Notes under the pieces: model-generated
The model's database searches: none
What the model was told of the DNA's origin: nothing
What the model saw: only the letters and a program-made list of their open reading frames with translations
Position numbers and translations under genes: made by a program
Shown here: positions 58,501 through 64,000 of the stretch, one piece after another
How the letters are laid out: each line of letters starts with the position of its first letter
How positions within the stretch are numbered: the first letter of the stretch is position 1
NCBI GenBank assembly: GCA_016929435.1
Contig: JAFGIV010000013.1
Span: 15,822 to 79,821, forward strand
Direction of reading: 5' to 3'
Length of the DNA stretch: 64,000 bases
DNA from: Candidatus Uhrbacteria bacterium
Lineage (GTDB): Bacteria > Patescibacteriota > Patescibacteriia > SG8-24

Positions 58501-59320
58501 CAAGGTCTTGAGGGTTCCGGCTGCCTTTGACGACTGCGACGGCTGCGATAACGACTGCGACGGCGTAGTGGACAACGGCGATCCCGACATATTCAAGAAG
58601 GTGGACATCCTGTTCGTGGTGGACGGTTCCGCATCAATGGACACCAGCATTCGGGGGCTGACCATGTTCACGGCGGATTTGGCCAGGCAGATGATACCTC
58701 CGGATAGGCCGGATGGGGTTCCGGCTGAAGTGGGAACAAAAGTCAAGCTGGGCCTCATCCAGTACTCGTGGAAAAGCAAGGATGATGAGGGTTCGGGCTA
58801 CAGGCGCGAATTAGACCTCTCCACCCCCAAGGTCTATTCCGAATGGGCGGATGGTTTCGCTGACAAGTGTGAGGGGGACTGCACCACCCAAGGCGGAATA
58901 GAAGCCGGAACCGCCATGCTGTGGAAGATACTCCAGGACCGGTTCGTCGATGAAAGCACCATGCCGGACATCACTTGGGACCAAGACGCCGTCCCCTACA
59001 TCATCATCATGACCGATGACAACCCCTACCAGCTGGTGGATGTCATCGAGAAATCGGCCCCCTCGGATATACGCGACATGTTGGGTGACGATCCGAGGGC
59101 CCAGATATTCGCCCTGCAGATGAGAACGAGAAGATGTTCCCCAGGTTCCTGTTCAGAGCATTGGGATATCGTTTTCGCCAACTACCCGGAAAACGAGACT
59201 CACCTCAAGGTTGCGGATCCGGGTAAGGATTTCGAGTATTACAGGGGAGAGTTCGGCCAGTTCTTCTACGACTATATCCTGAGACACATCTGCTACGCCT
59301 ATGTCTGCAGATTCGACTGA
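49568..59320 (+). CDS. Giant cell-surface protein (3250 aa): pilin-like N-terminal anchor module, IPT/TIG repeats, numerous Cys-rich CxxCGDG...EECDDG repeats, C-terminal VWA domain
   Basis: Uninterrupted 9.75 kb ORF. N-terminus paralogous to the 47336 gene. IPT/TIG-like segments (PRIVSVDPIDP...GGGPGTLVTLNGEYFG; PKIEGISPNAGPVGNYVTISGKGFG; PNICSIKPDNGPPGTVVTVGGENLG). More than 15 repeats of the CGNG/CGDGxxxxGEECD type. VWA with MIDAS DxSxS (DILFVVDGSASMDTS). Confidence 0.7.
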   Translation: MVRQALSARKTLAAILALGLGAVLAVPALAQVDVGLESAAAIGLTTTDIRTIVSQVINVFLGLLGIVAVALIVYGGYVYMMAKGDQNEVQRAKKILVNALIGLIIILASYAIASFVLRAISGGSGGEVGEGDCPPGATCSSSFPSPGNSLLLNGVIPSGSGPNGMGWTRDSLPRIVFNRKIDATTLDDSRIRVTRCNSRMDGETIADFRNSACNTAVSGEVSLVNETTAVFRPVGLENEGLFDGDYWYRLELRGIPLPIRSLDGKDLACLTALPGDGDYDSYVQNLPSNSRVCIRAIAYNTLIDTGPPTVAISWPRDGQSICADTTEASAVARDDVLVSGIRFSLSDPASPSDPLSLAFPSNPLDIPNSGQVTGPFTASATIFGSHLNVGQEYRFSAVASDLRFPNPEGETVGVDFSVRPQHCCDGQLNDDESGVDCGPDSGCGSCPGDGCTENGDCSSGFCEEGVCVSLPRIVSVDPIDPNTQVFGGGPGTLVTLNGEYFGGAVGVVEFYDGTHALTAEPCLPGAWTNGQVTVRVPEGVKVGGRYFVRLTRSDSRHTSTEAGQEDAYGWLGYFQENGNNTPGICLIRPASGSEGDVFEVVGDGFGDGSVGDLTVSFGISNPFTVVPDSRTASSLTAKVPRAPEGTYPVRVSGSGWMTTNDPKFAVLLPSESMQPKIEGISPNAGPVGNYVTISGKGFGSQRGRVVFLFGDGLNEERAIGADTVCEDSWKDSYVTVKVPKQYECQEGSACPLQLGTHRIRVETAKGLKSNTVNFTVNTDPLTPNICSIKPDNGPPGTVVTVGGENLGSGPAAAAPLNAVGYECQDPNQTGCDINGVAMSSEVSSWQVKALKSIVPGNRLSVATWPDSGDVHVWSYNVRSGNGLPFLVQDCNDGGDRACPAGFVCCQSGICDDGSSSPTGRPCDFSRTSEFAWRLSTEMMPVPPQLLTCPSCGAVACPLTDGLQSPSPFPGSRDACVNANIEAVISQRLEVPSGVSAAVSVLSCGSGESPDSCVDVTGEMSLTVSAVGAGGGSGLVSIRPSGGDFLLPDTWYRVTLKSDGLRENLTGNRTAFDGDRDGLPGGDYVWEFRTKDSPCALASVSVTPSEYNIDHWKGQPSPDDSGFRAGLQAANCNSITCDPLSYSIGWSVSDPMTISKVTTAKACHQKVEALKETLIGELVDLSANVRPVGETLSRTGKAGITARFADPEVAGFEPDCDEACVNAAIGMTFSTPMEPNSVIAGNTVLLKTCRNQSCNEPFETAGAVGLVGIESYAGTDSDGYVGFSLDTDSDLAPNTFYLVMVKGGGNGVMSKSGKTLVGTNLTDSSGTPWFTWRFRTKDSNLPCQPSRAEIVPRNAEFRYVGQKLPLFVRTYGSPDSCSAEGQALNAGDYGWSWGKTANGVVSRFLTSGSATVLDTNPAVPIGCSSSCLKVGSQTARPQCGNGKVELGEDCDGGSGCSPTCLNTGSPTCGNGVLDPGEDCESVGGIFPPGCSDCLNAGSAQGNSTCGDGYVGDGEDCDGTSGCDPVSCLNLGTLPRCEAVTAPKPGVNCINYCGNGILEYGEECEAAGGTFPPGCDRKTCLWAGTPKCSDPEGAKCCGNGITDSGEDPGCEFGFGQSAEWCDDRCLNRGSSYLYDSPSFCGDMVLGSGEELGCEVASTGQPGPADPFQVILGGKPLATAIDPATGSATDTVTSRTGGISASNQGEATVSLTCRCREEDDPHGFCESVGEGLGCDDIGCCSPAPGVAGSTPADGSSNICRNALVSVVFDAAISPDSVNGSSFRVVRDAGFGTPACRFCSNDPDRACLSDGDCGSGGTCQDGTVENGGKILAAVGTGEPSEDGGLWDRFVRFVRRLFFRSASAQTVQTFCRVPGQVSLTGQDTVTFTPFGVMSGTVGHHILLTGGSDGIRSSMGVPMKADRRISFVTSDSVCEIGSIRIDPESVLIQGIEGENSSFVLTAHAQAAGQPVGTEIVSTPAYRFDWNWNLPVVTSPVALTVSDFFPDGQGHSPVSEVRARTGAGFPKEGRETVTVRTDIYGSGTSVTKTMTASSDATVMLCEHPWPDWHVCSSANDVYYPYPGHAVDCSRAGQQMWYPFIDGSTLTSFYYCRDGATAGDSGQLLPALSGVKIGSNRADILHEYLFTFPGSAGENWVRDAIGLRVSKNMEHFGISDWYSRQGFVGSPQPVTMDGYEGLKEGRSVYVNAAAKTAVSPNLYTNVYTLSHSDGASPETVGIFSQILGNMDMNWRVLTDSRYCVIDDRQVLVDGQPVYCEKDRDCRVTAGDDGRESFPSERSVWTCQADRSKVRRDVLRWSDIHTIRLALNRARSVGGYPSLDSGTYLRGWTTSAWPSWNEVLANQIGLGSLPADPAEGFMDCGTGGSGHDSVTCWDPAVRTYRCPSGSQTYTYRGLGGLNYVLEAMFEYADGNWASGTACLGKGEPACRANDRCEWLSSDGSPSECQYRGGGRIRVRGIGNVETTCSSGVTVGIGSVCGDGLVGEGEECEPGVSSPRQIPCAADSRSGFRHQACNDQCRWQDSSGCITGSCGDGIVQTEAGEACDDGPLNGQYGRCGNDCTYSASRCGDGVRQANEACDCAPGGLPNGTYALNGVLASSGQRCGNSGHAVPGCAWDCSGPGPRCGDLVVNGSEQCDGGTEEYPRLCIGKNNGNPKRPVMTGNTYSPVPGNAYTGCRTDADCPSDQVCAALCDPDRPERVWRRNCQSNDPFDWFDNDDGRACTWTVWQCGSAGFCGNGVLETGEECDDGNDDNMDSCIIDPNGTGTFGTPVMCRKAACGDGYVSPSNNEECDAGSQNGQSCIAEYGKTCSFCSTGCKLAYVSGGFCGDSVIQNRSFVPPGPEECEGSLELENWVCVSDRPEHQMFGKMTGLAICDHERGCVRGCSDSGSVPCLETGNPLAGSDYDGEAGWDKPNDALLAAIGYGYDLGQTVLADGPCDPDWDNDGVPNGSDCRPTVSEVHPAYQVVASDGKVLRVPAAFDDCDGCDNDCDGVVDNGDPDIFKKVDILFVVDGSASMDTSIRGLTMFTADLARQMIPPDRPDGVPAEVGTKVKLGLIQYSWKSKDDEGSGYRRELDLSTPKVYSEWADGFADKCEGDCTTQGGIEAGTAMLWKILQDRFVDESTMPDITWDQDAVPYIIIMTDDNPYQLVDVIEKSAPSDIRDMLGDDPRAQIFALQMRTRRCSPGSCSEHWDIVFANYPENETHLKVADPGKDFEYYRGEFGQFFYDYILRHICYAYVCRFD

Positions 59321-59338
59321 TAGTCACCCCCAAACGCC

Positions 59339-59842
59339 ATGAGAAAGTTCGCCATTGCCATTGTCCTGCTGTCCGTCCTGCTGACGGCCGGAATAGTGCT
59401 GGTCGTAAGGGAACGGAACAGACATTCGGTTTCCGGAGTCCCAGACGTCCCGCTGGCCGGAAACGTGGGATCCGAATCCGGCCTGACTGCGGATAATTCG
59501 GGCCCGACCCAGCCGTTCTGCGGGGACTATGTCTGCGACACCGGGGAGACGATTGCCGGCTGCCCCATTGACTGTCCGCCGACGGTCATGTCCGGGGTGG
59601 AAATACGGAACCAAACCGCCGACGTTTCGTGGAAAAGCCTGATACCGGTGACCATTTCCGTCCGGTACGGCTCCGGTACCCTGGACCGCACCGCCAACCT
59701 GGATCGGGCATCAACGGAACACGAGTTAAGGCTGGAGGGAATCGAGCCGGATACGATATACGACCTGTGCGTTGTTTCGGTTGGGGAGGACGGAACCCGG
59801 TATCCGGAATCGTGCGATGAGTTCCGGTCTCCGGCGGAATAG
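59339..59842 (+). CDS. Small membrane-anchored protein with Cys-rich motif and FN3-like domain
   Basis: N-terminal signal anchor; CGDYVCDTGETIAGCPIDC motif, the same pattern as the repeats in the 60536 gene; beta-rich C-terminal domain. Confidence 0.5.
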   Translation: MRKFAIAIVLLSVLLTAGIVLVVRERNRHSVSGVPDVPLAGNVGSESGLTADNSGPTQPFCGDYVCDTGETIAGCPIDCPPTVMSGVEIRNQTADVSWKSLIPVTISVRYGSGTLDRTANLDRASTEHELRLEGIEPDTIYDLCVVSVGEDGTRYPESCDEFRSPAE

Positions 59843-59876
59843 GGCGGCTTTTGTGGTATAGTAACGGTATAGGCTT

Positions 59877-60539
59877 ATGTTTGATTCCGTACAGGAACCG
59901 GAGGACATCTTCGCCGGGACTGATCCGGTGGCGCCGGCAGGGAACGCCGCGCCGGTGGCGACCGGGGAGACGGAGGGGTCTCCGGCCATAACGAGGAAAG
60001 GTCCGTCGCCGCTGATCCCCATTGCCGTCATTGCCCTTGTTTTTGGGGCCGTCGGCGGCGGGGGTTACTATTGGTATTCCCAGCGAACCGGCGGCCATGC
60101 CTCGGTTTTGGAGGAACAACCGGTCGAGACCGTGGAAACGGAACCCGTTCAGGAAGAGACGTTCGGGGAGGAATTGCCGGAAGGGTTTCCGGACACGGAG
60201 GGGGAGGAAACGGAAGGGATCGGAAATGGAACGGAAGGGGAGACCGAAACCGGCGGGGAGGAATCTGCGGAGGGGGAGGGCGAACCAACGGAACCGGTCA
60301 ATGCCGTTGATACCGACGGTGACGGCTTGAGCGACGACGAGGAGCTGGCGATCGGTTCCGACCCGTCGGTAACCGACACGGACGGGGACGGGCTGACCGA
60401 TTTCGACGAGGTCCGCATATACCGGTCAGACCCATTGCTGGCGGATACGGACGGCGACGGTTACCCGGACGGCCTGGAGGTTTCCGGCGGCTATAGCCCC
60501 ATCGGTCCGGGCCGCCTGTTCGAGGTTCCGGTCGAGTGA
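59877..60539 (+). CDS. Membrane protein with acidic linker and three thrombospondin-type-3-like Ca-binding repeats
   Basis: Single TM; DTDGDGLSDDEE, DTDGDGLTDFDE, DTDGDGYPDGLE repeats. Confidence 0.5.
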   Translation: MFDSVQEPEDIFAGTDPVAPAGNAAPVATGETEGSPAITRKGPSPLIPIAVIALVFGAVGGGGYYWYSQRTGGHASVLEEQPVETVETEPVQEETFGEELPEGFPDTEGEETEGIGNGTEGETETGGEESAEGEGEPTEPVNAVDTDGDGLSDDEELAIGSDPSVTDTDGDGLTDFDEVRIYRSDPLLADTDGDGYPDGLEVSGGYSPIGPGRLFEVPVE

Positions 60540-61741
60540 TTTTTACGGATATGAAGGAAGACAGCGACAAAAACACGGAAGGGATAGGGCAAGTCCCTTC
60601 AGGGAACGGGGAGGCGGCACCGAAGAATCCGGAACCGCCGGTTATCCATGTCATTCCCGATGAGTTTCACGGGGCGGCCCTGAAGCGGAAAGTCAGGCTG
60701 TCCCAGCCCGAAAAGCCAAAAAAGACCCCGCCGCCCAAGGTTTCGCCTGAAAAGGCCGGACCGCCGGCAAAGGCATCCGGACAGAAGCCCGATGGCGCCG
60801 ACAGGCGGAAAAGGGGGATACTGATGGCGATCATGGGGCTGTTCATCCTGGCAATCATCGGTCTGGCGGCCTATTATTTTCTGTACGTGAGAAAGGCCCC
60901 GCCGGCGGAGGAGGTGCCGATCACCGAGGAACCGGAGATTCGTTGCGGAGACGGCCGCTGCGATGACGGCGAGGATGCGGTGACCTGCGCTTCCGACTGT
61001 GCGGTGAAGGCCTTTTGCGGGGACGGAACCTGCCAGGAGTCGGAGGGGGAGGATTGGCGCTCCTGTCCGGGGGACTGCGAGGTTCCGGAACCGGTATGCG
61101 GGGACGGGATCTGCGAGGAGGCCATCGGGGAGGGTTACGAGACCTGTCCGGAGGACTGCGAACCGCCGGCCCCCAGCCCCTCCCCGGATACGGACAGCGA
61201 CGGCATGACCGATATCGAGGAGACCGAAATCTACGGCACCAACCCCTATATCCCGGATACGGACGGGGACAGTTTCGTTGACCTGAACGAGCTGCTCAAC
61301 CTGTTTAACCCGTCCAAGATTCAGCCGTCCGTCCTTTTGGACAATCCCGGAGTCGCCGAATTCGGGAGTCAGACGGAAGGGTATCTCCTGATCTACCCGA
61401 AGGCCTGGACCGTCAGCGAGGATGCGGACAGGAAGACCGCCGTCTTTCAGGCGGGCAGCGGAGAGTCGATATCCGTTTCCGTGGACGAGAACACGGAAGG
61501 GTTGAGCCTGATGGATTGGTACCTGTCCGGGAACCCCTCCCTCCGCAGTTCGGAGGTTCCGGTGTTCCGGACAAAATACGGCTACGACGAGATCGTCAGC
61601 CAGGACCAGATGGTTTCCCACGTGGGGATAGACGGGCGGATTTTTACCGTCAGGTACGAATTGGGCAACCAGCTGAAGATTCGCTACAAGGCGACCTTTA
61701 AGATGATGGTCAACAGCATTAAGCCGCCGTCAGGGCTATGA
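60536..61741 (+). CDS. Membrane protein with three CGDGxC...C..DC mini-repeats, TSP3-like repeats and a C-terminal globular domain
   Basis: Pro/Lys-rich N-terminus, single TM. CGDGRCDDGEDAVTCASDC / CGDGTCQESEGEDWRSCPGDC / CGDGICEEAIGEGYETCPEDC; DTDSDGMTD, DTDGDSFVD. GTGA overlap with the upstream gene and ATGA overlap with ybeY. Confidence 0.5.
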   Translation: MIFTDMKEDSDKNTEGIGQVPSGNGEAAPKNPEPPVIHVIPDEFHGAALKRKVRLSQPEKPKKTPPPKVSPEKAGPPAKASGQKPDGADRRKRGILMAIMGLFILAIIGLAAYYFLYVRKAPPAEEVPITEEPEIRCGDGRCDDGEDAVTCASDCAVKAFCGDGTCQESEGEDWRSCPGDCEVPEPVCGDGICEEAIGEGYETCPEDCEPPAPSPSPDTDSDGMTDIEETEIYGTNPYIPDTDGDSFVDLNELLNLFNPSKIQPSVLLDNPGVAEFGSQTEGYLLIYPKAWTVSEDADRKTAVFQAGSGESISVSVDENTEGLSLMDWYLSGNPSLRSSEVPVFRTKYGYDEIVSQDQMVSHVGIDGRIFTVRYELGNQLKIRYKATFKMMVNSIKPPSGL

Positions 61742-62172
61742 TTGACGTGGAATGCTCCGGCCGTTTCCCGTCCGGATTGGGCAGGGACGAGGCCGTCAGC
61801 CTGGTGCGGAGGGTGATCGGGACTTCCGGTGACTGGAAAACCGCAACGGTCAGCCTGTCCCTGGTCAATGACCGTGAAATCAGGCGGATCAACCGGAAAT
61901 GGCGGGGGGTTGACCGCCCGACCGATGTCCTTTCGTTCTCGTATCCCAGGATCGGTTCCGGCCAGGTGCCGAAATCCGGTGACGTCGTCATTTCCCTGGA
62001 AACCGTCCGGCGCCAGGCCAAGACGAACCTCCGGACGGTCCGGGAGGAGCTGGCCCTGATGATCGTTCACGGCTGCCTGCATCTCCTGGGGTTTGACCAC
62101 GATACGGCGGCCAGGGAGAACCGGATGTTCCGCATCCAACAGGACATGCTGTTGGGAACCGGATTTTTCTGA
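61738..62172 (+). CDS. ybeY: rRNA maturation endoribonuclease YbeY
   Basis: HGCLHLLGFDH zinc-binding motif. Confidence 0.88.
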   Translation: MIDVECSGRFPSGLGRDEAVSLVRRVIGTSGDWKTATVSLSLVNDREIRRINRKWRGVDRPTDVLSFSYPRIGSGQVPKSGDVVISLETVRRQAKTNLRTVREELALMIVHGCLHLLGFDHDTAARENRMFRIQQDMLLGTGFF

Positions 62173-62177
62173 AGGCC

Positions 62178-62540
62178 ATGATGATCAGCCCCAAAAAGGT
62201 AATCCGGAGTTTCCGCCACGCCCTTCGGGGGACGGTCAAGGTGTTTCGGGAAGAGCACAGCTTCAGGGTGGAGCTGGTCGCCGCCGCCGCCGTTACGGTC
62301 CTGATGTTCGCTTTTGGGCTCCGAACCTCAGAGAAGGCCATTCTCGTACTGGTCATGCTTCTGGTCCTCGTCCTGGAGCTGGTCAACAGCGTCTTCGAGC
62401 GGATCGCCGACATGCTGAAGCCGCGCTTCCATCCCTATGTGGAGGACCTGAAGGACATCATGGCGGCCACTGTCCTCGTTTCTGCGGTAGGGGCGGTTGC
62501 CATCGGGCTTTTGATTTTTTGGCCCTATATTGTAAAATAA
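62178..62540 (+). CDS. dgkA: DgkA-family membrane kinase (diacylglycerol/undecaprenol kinase)
   Basis: 120 aa, 3 TM; ELVNSVFE and DLKDIMAATVL blocks as in DgkA. Confidence 0.75.
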   Translation: MMISPKKVIRSFRHALRGTVKVFREEHSFRVELVAAAAVTVLMFAFGLRTSEKAILVLVMLLVLVLELVNSVFERIADMLKPRFHPYVEDLKDIMAATVLVSAVGAVAIGLLIFWPYIVK

Positions 62541-62573
62541 AACAGGCTTCGAGCTCTGGTTAAGGATAGGTTT

Positions 62574-63821
62574 ATGCCCAACGACGAATTGTTTGCCGGA
62601 ATAGACATAGGGACGACGGCCGTCCGGGTGGCGGTCGGCCAAAGGTTGCCGATGGGGGACAGGGAAACCGTCCACATCATCGGTGTGGCCGACCACCCGA
62701 CCGAGGGGGTGAAACGTGGGGTCATCAATTCCATTGAGGACGCCGTTTCTTCGGTTTCGGCCTGCCTGGAGAAGGCCGAGCGGGGTTTGGGCAGCCAGAT
62801 ATCCTCCGCATGGGTAGGCGTTTCCGGGAACCAGGTCAGTTCCGTCGTAAGCAAGGGGGTCACCGCGGTTTCCAGGACGGATGGGGAGATCAGGGAGGAG
62901 GATGTCGAGCGGGCCCTGCAGCAGGCCCAGACCGTGGCCTTGCCGGCTAATTTTGAGACCATCCATGTCTTGCCGCGCGCCTATTCCGTTGACGGACAGA
63001 CCGGCATAAAGGATCCGGTAGGCATGACCGGAATCCGTCTGGAGGTCGAGTCCCAGATCATCCAGGCCCCTACCCCCTACATAAAGAACCTGACCAAATG
63101 CGTCTATCGGACCGGAATCAACCTGGAGCAGACCGTTTTGGGTATCCTGGCGGCAGCGGAGGTGACGGTCAGCCAGAGACAGAAGGAGTTGGGGGTGGCG
63201 GTCGTCAATATCGGGCACTCCTCCACCTCCATGGCCGTCTTTGAGGGCGGGGACCTGCTTCACCTGGCCTCCGTTCCCATCGGGTCGGATCATGTCACGG
63301 CCGATTTGGCCATCGGGTTACGGACCACCCTGGATATCGCCGAAAGGATCAAGGTCGGACACGCTTCGGCCGTACCGGGACAATTCGACAAGAACGACCG
63401 CATTGACCTGATGGAGTTGGGGGCCGACGAGAGGGAGGATTGCTCCCTGAAATTCGTGGCACAGATCGTTCAGGCTCGCCTGGAGGAACTGCTGGAGAAG
63501 ATCGATCGGGAGATGGTGAAGGTCGGACGGAGCGGGATGCTTCCGGCCGGAGTGGTGATGACCGGCGGGGGATCAAAGACGGCGGGCCTGGTGGACTTGG
63601 CCAAGAGAAAGCTTCGGCTGCCGGTTTCCCTCGGATACCCGGTAAACATCACCAGCTACACCGATCGGGTCAACGACTTGTCCTATACGACCGCCATCGG
63701 CTTGGTCCAGTGGGGAATAAACGAATCCGGCCCGATGGGGAAAAGCGGATCCTTTGCCGGTTTTCGGATGGCGGAAAAGGCCGTCGGAAGGATCAAGGGG
63801 CTTTTTGGGGTCAGGACCTGA
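62574..63821 (+). CDS. ftsA: Cell division protein FtsA
   Basis: Actin-like ATPase; FAGIDIGTTAVRVAV phosphate-1 motif; about 415 aa. Confidence 0.88.
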   Translation: MPNDELFAGIDIGTTAVRVAVGQRLPMGDRETVHIIGVADHPTEGVKRGVINSIEDAVSSVSACLEKAERGLGSQISSAWVGVSGNQVSSVVSKGVTAVSRTDGEIREEDVERALQQAQTVALPANFETIHVLPRAYSVDGQTGIKDPVGMTGIRLEVESQIIQAPTPYIKNLTKCVYRTGINLEQTVLGILAAAEVTVSQRQKELGVAVVNIGHSSTSMAVFEGGDLLHLASVPIGSDHVTADLAIGLRTTLDIAERIKVGHASAVPGQFDKNDRIDLMELGADEREDCSLKFVAQIVQARLEELLEKIDREMVKVGRSGMLPAGVVMTGGGSKTAGLVDLAKRKLRLPVSLGYPVNITSYTDRVNDLSYTTAIGLVQWGINESGPMGKSGSFAGFRMAEKAVGRIKGLFGVRT

Positions 63822-63910
63822 ATTTACGGGAAGGGAACGGGTTACCATTCCGGCAAGGGCCGGACTTTGCCTTTCATGAGTATTTTTTCTGTTCAGTTAG
63901 CTAATAACGC

Positions 63911-63939
63911 TTGACACCCCAACCGGTAGAGTCTACAGT
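63911..63939 (+). promoter_or_regulatory. Sigma70-type promoter (TTGACA-17-TACAGT), probably for the next division gene (ftsZ expected beyond window)
   Basis: Sequence match downstream of ftsA. Confidence 0.35.
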
Positions 63940-64000
63940 TACATAAGCATTAAGAATCCCATTGGCCAGTGCCCGCCGTTTGCGTGCGGGACTGCCTAAG

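Noticed and set aside
49568-59320. Possibility that the 9.75 kb ORF is a misassembly or fusion of several genes
   Set aside because: A single uninterrupted frame spans the full length. Domain order is coherent (signal peptide, anchor module, TIG repeats, Cys-rich repeats, VWA). A paralogous N-terminal module occurs on the adjacent gene. It still needs read-level confirmation.

Overview
This 64 kb window looks like a chromosomal segment of a small-genome bacterium of the Candidate Phyla Radiation/Patescibacteria type, about 58-60% GC. That lineage call is an inference. It rests on rpsE running straight into rplO with no rpmD (L30) between them, a compact tightly packed or overlapping operon structure, truncated housekeeping enzymes, and lysine-rich appended tails on translation-related proteins.

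Most of the window is core housekeeping:
- Ribosomal, secretion and processing genes: rpsE (3' end), rplO, secY, adk, map, ruvX, recO.
- Aminoacyl-tRNA synthetases and translation: asnS and aspS in tandem, two hisS paralogs, tyrS, rpsL-rpsG-fusA, rpsU, gatB/yqeY.
- Chromosome and cell cycle: scpAB, parAB, topA, dprA, ftsA.
- Other conserved genes: relA/spoT, pth, der, lepB, ybeY, dgkA.
- Four tRNAs: initiator fMet and a second CAT-anticodon Met in tandem, Leu-CAA, Val-CAC.

Embedded accessory features:
1. A 14.4 kb co-directional locus (47336-61741) encodes five secreted or membrane-anchored proteins. It includes a 3250-aa giant surface protein with IPT/TIG repeats, many Cys-rich CGDG...EECD repeats and a C-terminal VWA domain. 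This protein and its 742-aa upstream paralog share a pilin-like N-terminal module with two TM helices. Three small proteins downstream carry Cys-rich and calcium-binding repeats. This is the best candidate in the window for an undescribed cell-surface or host-attachment system.
2. A family of about 29-bp REP-like palindromes (core GGGGAC-N-GTCCCC flanked by TTAAG..CTTAA) is scattered in intergenic regions, often as doublets. An IS200-like HuH tyrosine transposase (RAYT) sits between two of them.
3. A compact GC-rich IS1595-family insertion sequence lies next to a REP.
4. A roughly 3 kb low-GC island encodes a CPT-like P-loop kinase, an HExxH protein and a DUF218 protein.
5. A presenilin/signal-peptide-peptidase homolog is inserted between secY and adk.
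6. A YbaK-like deacylase carries histone-H1-like Lys/Ala tails.

Several canonical sigma70 promoters with 17-bp spacers and several intrinsic terminators are visible.
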